A program made the translations under genes and the position numbers. Of a stretch of DNA of 64,000 nt, positions 35,162-47,202 are shown piece after piece. Origin of the DNA: Flectonema sp. DT1601. Its lineage: Eukaryota. The first letter of the stretch is position 1. The number at the start of each line of letters is the position of its first letter. Under the pieces are notes generated by a model. It worked only from the letters and a program-made list of their open reading frames with translations. It made no database searches and was not told the origin of the DNA. The DNA lies in contig OZ025789.1 of the NCBI GenBank assembly GCA_964019425.1, forward strand, positions 1,426,001-1,490,000, given 5' to 3'.

Positions 35162-36652
35162 ATGCCTTCCTTCAACAGTTATTATAACCATCATATGGCT
35201 CATCCTTCACCCCCACTTCACTGGAGTGATGAAGGATGTAGTAGAGTTCTATTACAGGGTCACCTTGGAGATCAGAATGAAGAAGACCTTGAAAAGAAGA
35301 ATCGAATGAAGTGGAGAGCATTCTCATTAGTATATATTGGATATATATCAATGCACTTCACGAGGAATAACATGGCGTGTGCTAAGATAGGATTGGAGTC
35401 AAGCTTGGGAATGAGTATCGATGAGTTAGGAACACTCGACACCATCTATCTGATGTCATACGCAGCTGGACAGTTTGTTTCCGGAGCGCTGGGGGATACT
35501 TTTGGACCCCGTCGAGTGTTCGTTATTGGGATGGCGGGTAGCGCGTTGTGTAATTTAATGATTTCGATATTAACTAATCCGAGAACACTATTCCCATTCG
35601 TGTGGTGTCTAAATGGATTCTTCCAAAGCACTGGTTGGGCTAACAGTATTAAAGTACTTGGAAACTGGTTTCCTGAAGATGAACGAAGTAAAGCAATTGG
35701 GTTATGGTGTACCAGTAGCTCTGTTGGTTCTATTTTAGCAACGGTTCTAACCGGTCGTGTTATTGCTACTCTACCATGGAATGCAGCCTTTGCAGTACCT
35801 TCTTTTATATTACTGTCTGTAGCATTTGCTGTTTGTGTTATGTTATACAATGATCCAGAGGAAGCTGGATACCTTCCACTTGTTGACCCTGAGACTGTTC
35901 CCCTTCTTAGTTCTGAAAGTCGAAAGGGTATCAAATACGGAAACATAACACCCGACACAACTCCATTAATGACAGCCAGCTTTAAGAATGGAAGCTTTGA
36001 CATGGGAGATATTGACCCACCTGCTTCTGTTAGTGAGTCTCCACTGAGACTCATGTTGAGGACACCAGCAGTGTGGGCTTTGGGGATTACTTATTTTGGT
36101 GTAAAACTAATTAGGTACTCACTTTGGTTCTGGTTACCATTGTATCTTCACAATGCTCAGGGTTTTGATACTGATAATGCAGCCTTCGCCGCAACCGCAT
36201 TCGACATTGGAGGTGTGTTTGGACTACTCGCGGCAGGTTTTATTGCAGATAAACTTATCCCTCATCGTCCTAGAGCAGCAGCTGTTTCACTAGTTGGATT
36301 AGCGACAACTCTTTTTATACTACCAACAGCAACAGGTTATTCCGCGACATCTTGTGTAGGTGCTCTTTGGGCAGTTGGATTTATGCTTGCTGGACCAGAC
36401 TGTATCATCGCTGGTGCTGCTGCTCAGGAAGTTGGAGGAAAGACTGCTTCTGCATCAGCTGCTGGGATTATTAACGGCCTTGGGTCTATTGGAGCATCAT
36501 TCCAAGGTGTTATTGTTAGTGTTATTGTTTCTTATGGAAGTTGGGATTCACTTTTCTTATTCTTTGGTGTTGTCATTATTGGTTCGATTGTTTGTGTGCT
36601 TCCGTTGGCTGTAGATCCGCACTGGGCATCTCGATCTCGTCGTTTCTCATAA
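35162..36652 (+). CDS. MFS transporter, OPA family (GlpT/UhpC/SLC37 sugar-phosphate:Pi antiporter-like)
   Basis: YAAGQFVSGALGD, NGFFQSTGW, GNWFPEDERS, KLIRYSLWFWLPLYL, AAGIINGLGSIG. About 12 TM segments. Confidence 0.9.
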   Translation: MPSFNSYYNHHMAHPSPPLHWSDEGCSRVLLQGHLGDQNEEDLEKKNRMKWRAFSLVYIGYISMHFTRNNMACAKIGLESSLGMSIDELGTLDTIYLMSYAAGQFVSGALGDTFGPRRVFVIGMAGSALCNLMISILTNPRTLFPFVWCLNGFFQSTGWANSIKVLGNWFPEDERSKAIGLWCTSSSVGSILATVLTGRVIATLPWNAAFAVPSFILLSVAFAVCVMLYNDPEEAGYLPLVDPETVPLLSSESRKGIKYGNITPDTTPLMTASFKNGSFDMGDIDPPASVSESPLRLMLRTPAVWALGITYFGVKLIRYSLWFWLPLYLHNAQGFDTDNAAFAATAFDIGGVFGLLAAGFIADKLIPHRPRAAAVSLVGLATTLFILPTATGYSATSCVGALWAVGFMLAGPDCIIAGAAAQEVGGKTASASAAGIINGLGSIGASFQGVIVSVIVSYGSWDSLFLFFGVVIIGSIVCVLPLAVDPHWASRSRRFS

Positions 36653-38593
36653 GTCCGTAATTGGTATCTGTAATTGTTTATACTTTTTGAGTACTATTCT
36701 CAATATCATCAAAGCAACTGATGAATAATTAACGCGCTGCGCATATTCTTGACAAGGCTTTTTTATCCCCTTACCGAAACTCCAGATAAGGCACCTCATA
36801 TTTGAAATAGGGGTCATCATAACGAATGGTGGGGGAAGAAGGAAAGAGAAAAAAACCTGATAAAACGATTTCTTTTTTTTTTTTTTTTTTGCGATGGTCG
36901 CAACGTTTCCTCTCACACCGTCCCTCTCTTCCAATTGTGTGACTTTATTTTGGTTGCTGCTCTACTAATGAAAAACAGGTAAATTGTTTTCGATGATTTC
37001 TTTTTTTTCTTTCATTCGATAAACGAGGCAACTATCAATCCTGAAGCTTCTAATTTATTTATTTTGTGGATGTCTCTCTTCATTCAAATATAATTGTTCG
37101 TCAGGTATGCTACAATACCTGACCAGGTAAATCTGTTTCACTAGCACTCCTCCCTGACTTGCTTCTCTTTTTAGTTTCTTAGACTGGATCGGAGTGCACT
37201 TAATTTCCGATAATTACACGAGAGCGGGCTCTCGAAAAAAACGATTTTCAGCTGTTTTTTTTTTTTGTGTGGAGATTCTGAGTGCCAAACCTAGATTAGT
37301 CACACATGGGCTGAAGTACGGGTGTGGTGTTTCCAAAATAAACGTACACCTGTCGGACTTTGATTAGATTAATTTATTTTATAATCAAAACATCAGATAA
37401 AAATAGTTCCCTCTCATTCTTTCTTCCCCTCTTGTTGATTAGGTCATGTTGTAAACCTCAACTGTTGGAACCAATTTCATTTTAAATATGAATTTATATC
37501 CAACAGTCCCGCAACTGTTGACTATTTGATGTCAATTTTATATTTCAGGATCTGCGATGTAATATTTTTACTCATTCTGAGTATCAACCATCAAATGTAT
37601 TTTTTTTTTTTTTTTTTTTTTCCCGAAAAAAGAAAAAGCGATCAAAAAAAAGGCTGTCCTTCTCGGGCTCTGATTGCATCACTTTTTTTTTTTAATATTA
37701 TTATAGTTTCTGGTCCTCAATGCGTTTGTTTTGAATTTTCTGCTTTGAACCCACCAAAGCGTGACTTGCCTTTTTGTAAATTATAATTCATCAGAGTGAG
37801 TAGTGTTAGATATTTTTATTAAACGACTGCTGGTTGTTATTATCATGTCTTTAGTAAAACAAACAACAAAGTTGACGCATCGCTCGTCTGTTGTTTGGTC
37901 ATACTTTTATTGTTGCAAAACATTTTATTAAATCCTTAAATTCGTCGCAGAGTGCATCTCGCAGATTGCATCTGTTTTTTTTTCATTTTTTTTTCTCTCT
38001 CTTGATGAATTTTATATCAAGAAAATTATTTCTATTCTGCATATGTGTGACATGCCTGCAGTTAGTAGGAACTCTTTTTTGTCCAAACGTCTGTGTTTGA
38101 CGACTTCCTTGACTTTATAACAAACTTAAAAAAAGTGAGACCTTTTAGGCAGTAAGGACTTTATAAAAATATCGAATCCAGAGCCGTCTTATCTTTGTGT
38201 GCTGTCGACTTCGATCTCCTCCCTGCGAATAACATCCAACAGAGTGTACCTCGCTGGTATAACTAACGTCGGGTTAATGCGGGTTGCGTAGGGGAGTCGA
38301 TTTGCTAATGTTGATTTTCTTTTGTTTTTGTATTCTAACAACAAGAACGTGTGAATGGTATAACACCATGTAGTTTAGAAGGGAAATCATACGAAAGGCA
38401 GCTAACCATTTCATCACTTTTGCCGTATCTGTTCTTCAGTATTCATATTTTGTCTCACCTGATCTTCGTCTTATTTCTGACGAAGTGCGGATCGAGCGAC
38501 ACGAAGTTATGTACTTCAAATAGCGTGCTCATATAATTTAAGATTACTTTACTGGTACTTCTTTCAGGGCATTCTGACCCACATTTCACAAAA

Positions 38594-39436
38594 ATGTATC
38601 CATCATGTACTCGACGTGGTATTCTTGTAGGAGACGAAGTGAGAGAGTTAACTGACTGCGCGTTAGCTGGAACCTTTGCCATTCCAGTTGTGGAGATGGA
38701 GGGGATTCATCTTGTGAAAACAGCAATAGCGTCAGCAGCAAAAATTGGATCACCGATTGGAATAAAAATTTCAGGAGAAAGCGATGAAAAAACAGCAGCT
38801 GAAGTTAGAAAACAGGCTGATGAACATCGAGCATGTGTTTTGTTATTTTCAACAACAACAAATAAGAAAGAGTTTGAAAACGTATTACGTATTGACGAAG
38901 ACAACTGGAGGTACAGAGGTCGACCACTCTACTCAGGGCATTGTATTGATTACTCTGTTATAGATCCAGTCTATGTTGCTAAGCAAACTTCGTTATTAAA
39001 TACAACTCTTGACTTGTCCGGAAGCGGCTCTGTCGACGACGTCTTAAACATCGCAAAACGAGTATCAAACGTCACACAACAGTTCACAATAAATGTAAAT
39101 AACATGGACGCTATTCGATCACTTAAGAATAAAGACTCAGCTCCTTATAAATTAACATCATCAACGAACACATCATCAGAAAAGGAAGTTCGTAATTTTA
39201 TTGACTGTGGTGTTGTGTCGATGAATGTTCCTCTGTCTCCTTCGATATCAAAGATTAGTAAATTTTATTTAAACGGAAGTGGCTTTGTTGGAATTTCTTC
39301 CCTCTCAACGTGGAGAGACTTTCATAAAGCACCTGCTTGGGTTGAAGTGACTCGAGCTTCTGTTGTTAAAACAATTCAATCGAATATTTATAAATATGAT
39401 AGCGCTCATCGTGTGTCTGAGGCCTCAAGACTTTAG
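38594..39436 (+). CDS. Degenerate class II fructose-bisphosphate aldolase-like protein with C-terminal SRL
   Basis: GILVGDEVREL..FAIPVV..SPI, GRPLYSGHCIDYS, GVVSMNV and PAWV follow the FbaA order. Catalytic and Zn motifs are missing. Confidence 0.7.
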   Translation: MYPSCTRRGILVGDEVRELTDCALAGTFAIPVVEMEGIHLVKTAIASAAKIGSPIGIKISGESDEKTAAEVRKQADEHRACVLLFSTTTNKKEFENVLRIDEDNWRYRGRPLYSGHCIDYSVIDPVYVAKQTSLLNTTLDLSGSGSVDDVLNIAKRVSNVTQQFTINVNNMDAIRSLKNKDSAPYKLTSSTNTSSEKEVRNFIDCGVVSMNVPLSPSISKISKFYLNGSGFVGISSLSTWRDFHKAPAWVEVTRASVVKTIQSNIYKYDSAHRVSEASRL

Positions 39437-39929
39437 ACAAATCCAAGTAGAGGTCGAGTACCTTCGACTATCATCTGCATGGATGAGTTAGAATTAAAGA
39501 AAAGCGCCTCCATCGATGCAATTTGTGTTAATTGAAAATTATTTATCGAAATCGTAGCCAGTTCAATAATTCTTTTTTTTTTTTTTTTTTTTTTCCCTTA
39601 AAGTCCCGCCTGGTAGCGCCCTCAGTAGGAATGCGCACCGCTGGCACCTTTTCTATCTCTTTTTTGTGAAAGACGTGACCTGACTTGAAGATGTTGTTTG
39701 TGATACCAATTATGGAATTACCTGCCGACAGATATCATCAAATGAAATACTAAACCATTGTAGTCTTCCTTCCTCTCTTTCTGTTGTCGACTAGTTGAGT
39801 GTTCGTATTGAAACACTTTAATGAGAGTCTTCGATGGTTTCTGTTTGCTCAAATTACTTGTTAAGAGTTGTTGTTTTTCTTTTTTTTTTTTGATTCGTTC
39901 GGACTGTGAGGCGTTTGTTCTCCCAAACA

Positions 39930-40150
39930 AGGTGAGAAGAAACTACGTCTTTGGCGGATCTGTTGAAGAAGTCTGCTGCTCTTCGCAAGTTCATAAAACT
40001 TGTGAAGTCAACAGATATCTATTTTAGTGATGAATACAAGAACTACCCTCGTTGGTCACACACGAGTTGTAAGTATCTAACAGTCAGGTGTTCGTTCTCC
40101 AAACAAGGCGAACAACACCTCTCTTCGCATACCACACTTGCACAAACCTT
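39930..40150 (+). mobile_element. Possible decayed Merlin/IS1595-like transposase fragment
   Basis: YVFGG in one frame, then LRKFIKLVKSTDIYFSDEYKNY..KYLTV..HT in another, resembling WVFGG..IxSDxWxxY..HLTVNH..HTN. Confidence 0.35.
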
Positions 40151-40528
40151 ACTGCAAGCGATTAATTTCTTTTAATTTATTTCAAATCAATTTTGACGCT
40201 GTTCGCAATTTCAAGAAGTTGGAGCGTCGTATTGTTTTCATCCGTTTGGTATGCAAACTTTTGAAGTAGAACAAGTTGTTAATTTATTTTATTTCATCTT
40301 CAACAGGACACTTATGTGAAGATAAAGTATTTCACGAAGGAACCATGTGATCATACGCACAACATTATTTACTTTCACCAGCACTCCCTCCCCCCATATG
40401 AGTGTATACCTACACTAACATTACCTTTAGTCACTGTATCTCAGAACTAATGTTAAATTATCGTTATGTTGTTTATGATACAAAACATTTGTATTTTATG
40501 TACAAACTCGAACAGTTAATCCCCCCAT

Positions 40529-41284
40529 ATGAGTGAGGAATGTATTGGTAACGTAGTCTGCCATGGAGCGCAGCAAAATTGTATTGATCCGAGTCCTTTA
40601 GTAGGTGATTGGTACTGTTCTTGTACAGAACCTTTGGTAGGAACTGCAATAGCAAAGATTGCGTCGTGTCAGTTCATTCAAACTGCTGAACCATCTTCAG
40701 GATCGAGTGACGATGATAATTTAAAATACATCATTGGTCTGATTGCTGCTGGATTTGTGTTACTTTGTTGCGCTCTACTGGTGGCCTACATGATGAGCAA
40801 ATCGAAGGAAAAAGAGCGATCGAGGGGGAAAGACAAGGAAGTCCCTGATATGATATCAAAACGATTACTTGATGATTATAAAGAAGAAGGATTACTTGAT
40901 ATGCCTGGTACAGTTCCCCCTCCTCCACTATTGCCTAATAAAGTTTATTCAATGTCTGCTGCTGGTGTGGTCTACAGATCTCAACTCGAAAAGAGTACTC
41001 GCAGAAGAAGTACCTCCTCATCATCTTCACAATCAGACATCAACATTGCGGGAGGTTTCTACGCTGCGAAAAGTGATGCAAGCAACGCTTCCTCACCTGG
41101 AATCGCTCCGACTGCTGTTTCAAATTCACAAACCTGTTCTATTTGTAACATGAAGAATATCATGCCGTGGGCTTTGAAGTGTCCTTCTTGTCAATCTCCT
41201 ATTAAGCCTACGACAATAATGACCCCTGCAAGACTTCCAGGTGATGATCTACAACTACCACCTCCTCCTTTTATTGATGTCTGA
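40529..41284 (+). CDS. Single-pass membrane protein with an EGF-like Cys module and C-terminal C4 zinc ribbon; may be 5'-incomplete
   Basis: ECIGNVVC..QNCIDP..DWYCSC..C, TM IIGLIAAGFVLLCCALLVAY, CSIC..CPSC. No signal peptide. Confidence 0.65.
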   Translation: MSEECIGNVVCHGAQQNCIDPSPLVGDWYCSCTEPLVGTAIAKIASCQFIQTAEPSSGSSDDDNLKYIIGLIAAGFVLLCCALLVAYMMSKSKEKERSRGKDKEVPDMISKRLLDDYKEEGLLDMPGTVPPPPLLPNKVYSMSAAGVVYRSQLEKSTRRRSTSSSSSQSDINIAGGFYAAKSDASNASSPGIAPTAVSNSQTCSICNMKNIMPWALKCPSCQSPIKPTTIMTPARLPGDDLQLPPPPFIDV

Positions 41285-41859
41285 TGATGTAGATTTAATT
41301 AGTGTTTAAAGTAATCAGTTCTTAGATTAGTTACGTTCCATAGTTTTTTTAATTAATTTCATCAACGACTCCTCGTGTGTATAGATCGCATGAGTGGAGT
41401 AGTGAGGTAGACATGTTGGTTGGTTTTGTTTATTTTATTTTATTTTTGTCATTTCACATAATTTATAACAGAAGGTACGAGTACCTCTTTGGACGTTTTA
41501 TTTATTTTATTTTCTTCTTTTTACTGTAATATTATTATTTGTGTTATTTATATTTGAGGAGTACTAAAGTTAGTACAATTAATGATCGATCTGTTTGACC
41601 TTTCAATCGTACTTTTTTAAATTCCCTTTTTTTTTCTTTCTTTCTTTTTCTTTGAAGTTTATGGCGGCATACTCTTTGCTGAGAAATAGGCATTCTGTCA
41701 CAACTGTAAAACTAATTGTCTGTCTTCTTGTCGTGTTAGTGGTATTTTTAGTTGATTGTGTGCAACACATTTTGTTTTGCATGTTTCCTTAAAAAGAGAG
41801 TATTTATCATTGTGTTTGATTATCAACTATTATATCCTTCCATACTCAGATTACTTAAT

Positions 41860-43005
41860 ATGTCTGTACTGGCGGTGGTGACTGTCTTGTCGATATCATT
41901 ATTATGCAGCGACTCGATGTCTTGTAGTTTGAATGGTGAGTGTCAAGGTGGAAAATGTCATTGCAGACCTCCCTGGACTGGAAGTGAATGCGAAAAACTA
42001 GAAATAATTCCATTAAATGAATCGACTGGATATCATGTACAAGGAAATGCTTCTTGGGGAGGTAACTCTGTATTCGCAGACGGAAAATATCATTTATTCG
42101 TAGCTGAGATGGCAAATAACTGCGGGCTTGACAACTACGCGACCAACTCACAAGTAATTAGAGCGGAGTCTACTACTGCAAACGGACCTTTTAAATTTGC
42201 TCAAGTCGTGGTGTTACCTTTTGCACATAATCCAACCATCAGACAGGTTCCTGATGGAACTTTCCTTCTTTACTTTATTGGTGGCTCTCATTCTATTCCA
42301 AAGAACTGTTCATCAGGTGACGGTGTTGAAGTAACGGTTCCGATTCGAAGTGGAATATCCGTAGCCAGGAGTGAGTCGGTGTATGGTCCTTGGGATGTCA
42401 ATGATGTGTTATTTGATGAAAAAACTGTAAATCAATCAAAGTGGCTTCAAAAAGGATTTACCAATCCAAGTCCACACATCTTCCCAAATGGAACCGTTAC
42501 TTTAGCATTTCAAGCGCAGCCTAATGGGAAGCATTCTGAATTGATTGGTATCGCTCGGGCTAGTTCTTGGAATTCAACTTACGTATTATTAACTGGTGAG
42601 CCAGTTATAAATAATGATCCAAACCTTTGTATTGCAGGTATGGGTGAAGATCCTTTCTTATGGCAAGATGACTTGGGATGGCATTTATTAATTCATGGGA
42701 TGTGTCCATCAGGTTTTATGAATTCTGTCTACGCATTCTCTGATAATGATTGCATCACATGGAAGACGTCATCTCATCCTCCGTATTCTTATGATGTCAG
42801 AACTACAACTGGAACTCACTTTTTTTGGAGAATGGAACGTCCTCAACTCGCCTTCAGCAGCTATGATACCACCACAGGATATGCTCTCAACCCAACAACA
42901 CTTTATAATGGTGTTTGTAATAAAGAAAACTGTCTTGATAATCCTGGGAAACGACCAAATTTAAATTGGCAGACTTGGACGATTGCGAGAGTCTTGAAAC
43001 GGTAG
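41860..43005 (+). CDS. Secreted GH43-like five-bladed beta-propeller glycoside hydrolase with N-terminal EGF-like module
   Basis: Signal peptide MSVLAVV.., CSLNGEC..CHCRPPWTG, SWGG, YHLFVAEM, AHNPTI, EDPFLW, ERPQL. Confidence 0.8.
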   Translation: MSVLAVVTVLSISLLCSDSMSCSLNGECQGGKCHCRPPWTGSECEKLEIIPLNESTGYHVQGNASWGGNSVFADGKYHLFVAEMANNCGLDNYATNSQVIRAESTTANGPFKFAQVVVLPFAHNPTIRQVPDGTFLLYFIGGSHSIPKNCSSGDGVEVTVPIRSGISVARSESVYGPWDVNDVLFDEKTVNQSKWLQKGFTNPSPHIFPNGTVTLAFQAQPNGKHSELIGIARASSWNSTYVLLTGEPVINNDPNLCIAGMGEDPFLWQDDLGWHLLIHGMCPSGFMNSVYAFSDNDCITWKTSSHPPYSYDVRTTTGTHFFWRMERPQLAFSSYDTTTGYALNPTTLYNGVCNKENCLDNPGKRPNLNWQTWTIARVLKR

Positions 43006-43497
43006 TTGTTTTTTTTTCTTCTTATTTTTTCACGCCGTTTCGATAATCATGGCTTTTATATTATATTTACCAACGTTTACTGTCTACTTTCAGCTCTCAA
43101 AAAAGGGTTTGATTTTTTAATTGATTTTTTAGTGATGTATACCTGCACACTGTTGGTGTTGGACATTTGTTATTTTTAAGAAATTTTTTTCTTTGTAAAG
43201 TTTCTTTTCTGAGGGAATCCCTTCTGATAGTAACTTATCCGTTTAATCGTTTTTATTTATTTTATTTCTTCTGATAAAAAGAAAGCACCTGTTTGAGTGC
43301 TGAGTTCTATTAAAGTTTACCAACTCACAAGTTGCATTGCTGTCATGTTATGGTGCTGGCTACTCATTCCCAGTGACTAGTATCTGTGGTAGACGTTGTG
43401 GTGTTGTTTTTGTATCACACGAATGTATAAACGAATTATAAATATTATTTATTTATCAGATCAGCCATCACGCAGTGTTTTGGCTGCAGCAGATAAC

Positions 43498-45580
43498 ATG
43501 GCGACTTCCTCATCAACAGCTGATCAACAACAGAGTGATGACAAGCCATCCAACAGTGGTACTGCATTTCGAATTGGAAGCTATGTGTTGGGAGAGACTC
43601 TGGGAAAGGGAAGTTTTGGAAAAGTAAAATTAGCGACTCACGAGATCACGGGTCACAAGGTCGCTGTAAAGATTCTAAACAGACAAAAGATAAAGAGTTC
43701 TCACGTAGACAAGAAAGTAAAACGTGAAATAGCTGTTCTAAAACTATTCAGACACCCTCACATAATTCGATTATACGACGTCATGGAGACGTCAACTGAT
43801 ATCTTCATGTGTATGGAATACGGAAGTAGAGGAGAGTTGTTTGATTACATTGTTAAGAATGGAAAGCTTCACGAGGGTACCGCAAGAAGGTTTTTCCAGC
43901 AAATCGTCTGCGGAGTTGAATATTGTCATTTATATAAAGTAGCTCACAGAGATTTAAAACCTGAAAACCTACTACTTGACGCTGACCTGAACGTGAAATT
44001 AGCTGATTTTGGTCTGAGTAACCTAATGACTGACGGAGACTTTTTAAAGACTTCATGCGGATCTCCCAACTATGCTGCTCCAGAAGTAATATCTGGTCAG
44101 TTGTATGCCGGTCCTGAAGTAGATGTATGGTCGTGTGGTGTCATTCTATACGCATTGCTGTGTGGACGGCTACCTTTCGATGAGGACACCATCCCTGCAT
44201 TGTTTCAACGAATTAAAGCGGGAAAGTATAAATTATCAAGTTATCTATCTAAAGGACCCAGAGAGATTATTCAAAAGATTCTCGTAGTGGATCCAATGAG
44301 AAGAATGACAATAAAAGAAATCAAAGCAACGGATTGGTTTCAAACAGACTTTCCAATTTACCTAAGAGACTATGAAATATCAGGAGATGATGACTCCGGT
44401 ATTGATATGGAAGTTGTTAAAATAGTTGTTAAGAAACTTGACACTACCGAGGAAGCCGTCTTGAAGTCTCTTCAAGATGATCCAAAGAACCCCTCTGATC
44501 CTTCTCTTGATATTGTCTTAGCGTACAAAATACTCCGCGATAATAATCTAAAAAAACAAATGAGTGAATCTCGTAAAGAGATGGGAACTACTTCAGAAGT
44601 TGAATCGCCAGCCCCCGCCGGTAAAGATCAGCAAAACAATCGGATGGCAAATAACCAGCTGAAGTCAAGTCCTGTAATCGATATTTTGATGCAAATGTCA
44701 GCATCTCATACGAAGTCAAGATATAATAAAGCGAAGTTTGTGGCGCCGTCAAGCGTACCGTCCTCGTCAGGTCCGTTTTCGGGAGCGATGGGAGTTGGGA
44801 AGATCCCAATATCATGTTCTCCACCATTTAGATATAATATGAAATCTCACATGGGTGCTGGAATGGCTCATTCAGCTCCAGGAACAGGAGGAGTTGTAAT
44901 GAGTCATAGTATGCCTGTTGCTATGATGGGGAAGTCGTATGTTACTTCACCAACTGGAGTCCCACATGGAACTACTCCAGGTAATGATTTAATGTTTCCA
45001 ATGCCTGAATCACCTGATCCAAGTCAAGAAGGTGTTCCAACTGTTGGATCTCAAGATATGGATGCCTCTGATGTACTCGACGACCACGGCTACCTCGCAC
45101 AACAAGGTTGCGGTTGGCGACTCGGTCTCATGTCGGAGCTTCGTTCAAACTCCATCATGACTGCGATATATGAAGTCCTCGCTGGTAAGGGTTTGATTTG
45201 GAAGGTTTGTTTTTATATCTTCACTGCTGATGGTCTACATTGACTTTAATTGAAAACAACACAATTAACCTTATCCTCTTCGTAGTACACACTTTCTACA
45301 ATTCATAAAAACAGGTCGTCAGTGCATACCAACTGACTGTAAAGAGAACAGATCACAAACCAGGAATGCCTAAGATTGGAATTCGATTATATAGAATGCA
45401 CGATCGTCACGATAGGGTTTGTAATTATTGTTTTAATATAAACATAAATATACTCAACAACGTTACAACTAACACAAACAGGGATTACTAATTGATTTGT
45501 CTCGTATCGATGGTCACATGATATCAACGATGGATCTGATTGCTGAGCTCTACGACACGTTCCAAACGAAACTCGTGTAG
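43498..45580 (+). CDS. SNF1: AMPK/SNF1 catalytic alpha subunit, join(43498..45204,45315..45416,45482..45580)
   Basis: GKGSFGKVKLA, LFRHPHII, FLKTSCGSPNYAAPEVISG.LYAGPEVDVWSCG. The C-terminal domain (WRLG..WKVV..LY..LIDL) is completed by two GT-AG introns. Confidence 0.93.
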
Positions 45581-47202
45581 AATCCCTCGGAGTAAATGCA
45601 TCACTTTGACGTCGGTGAAAAAACCTTTTTAATTTCACAGTCGTTATCGGGGTGTCATGTCCAGAGATTTTTTACATCCGAGTGGTGAATTAGTATATCG
45701 CTTTCCGTGTAGCAGCAGTTGCACATATGAAACGCGTGCTGAGCAGAAGCATTCTGACCGACAGACGAGGGGGACATCTCAGATGGTATTTTATAGAACT
45801 GGTTTGGTTTTTCCACAAAGTGTTGAATCAGCCTTTCAGGTAAATTTGCCATGAAAAGTAGTGTTTTTTTTTTTTTTTTTTACTATACTGGAAATAACAC
45901 AAAGGTTTTCCGCCTTGGTATTACCAGTGAGGGGAAAGAAAAAGGAGAAGAAGAGTGATGGCATTCTGCGATTATTATTTACGAGTCGAGTCTTCAGTTG
46001 ATTGTCGAGTTCGGTATCTCTGTTTGAGTTCGTTTTGTTCTACAAATTTGAAATCCTTTGATTGAGGAGTGAGTTTTTATTTTTTACTTTTATTTATGTT
46101 GTTTTGTAGTTAACACTTCGTTGTATTCTACTTTCGGTTTCGGTCCCTTTTCCACCCCTCGTGCGATTTGGAGCAGTTCAATTGTAACTGTTCGATCCCC
46201 GGTCTGCTTATCAATTTATTGTTCTTTCTATCTGTTTGCTTCAGTTCATTGAATGTGTTGCGGCTGTAAAACGTTTCTTTTTTTTTTTTTTCCTTTTTTT
46301 TTATTGTTGCTGTGGAGGTAGGGGAGGATGGGGAGGATAGGAAGGAGACTCATGAAGCTTCTTTATTGATATTGATAACACCTCCGCTTCGATGTAGGTG
46401 GTGACCACTTCCTTCCGTAGTCTGCGGATGTTAAATTCTGTCATCTTCCAAACCTTTTCAGCAGCTCTCCTGATTGTTTCCAATCTCTTGTACTATTGTC
46501 GCTACGTCCTCGTCATTTTTTCTAATTCTTGCCTTGCACGTCAGTTAGATAAGGTTCGTATTTTTATTACGTGGGTGGTTGTTTTTGATTATTATTTTTT
46601 TTTTTTTTTTTACTGTTTCTACTCAAACCTTTCCTTCATCAAAAAAAAAAATGAATGCTTTTGAAAATGTTTGCATAACTGGAAAGGAGGACATCTCTTT
46701 TCTTTTCGTACTTGCAAACCCGCAGTGTGCCAGTTAAGGGTACTTTGACCGACAATTCTCTTTAGAAATTATCTCGGATAAACGAGAGAGGGAAGGGGGG
46801 GAAGCCTCTTGCTAAATTGAACAGCCAAACAGCTAGTATTCGTTTAAAAAAGTAAAATAAAAAAAAGGAATGGGAATGGAAATTGATAATAAAAGTGGAA
46901 CTCACATCCTTGCAAGTCTCGTCGGTAACCACGAGCGACGAAAAAAAAAAAGGAAATTCGTGATTGTTCACTGCCTTGAGAAAACCTGAGGTAAACAAAA
47001 AAAAAAAAAAAAAAAAAACGAGTATTTACGAAAAGTTACTTAATACAGCTGCCACAATTATAATGTTTTTTTTTTTTTTTTTATTATCCAAAAAAACAGA
47101 AATCCATTATCAGATTGTGTTAGAGAAAGCAGACTGGATAATGATCACTTATATCGTCGACTAAATCTCATAGCTGTAAATCCACAACAGGTAATTAAAT
47201 AA

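Noticed and set aside
46301..46560. Minus-strand ORF ending TAA plus an A-run, possible retro-copy end
   Set aside because: No diagnostic motif, and A/T runs are ubiquitous here.
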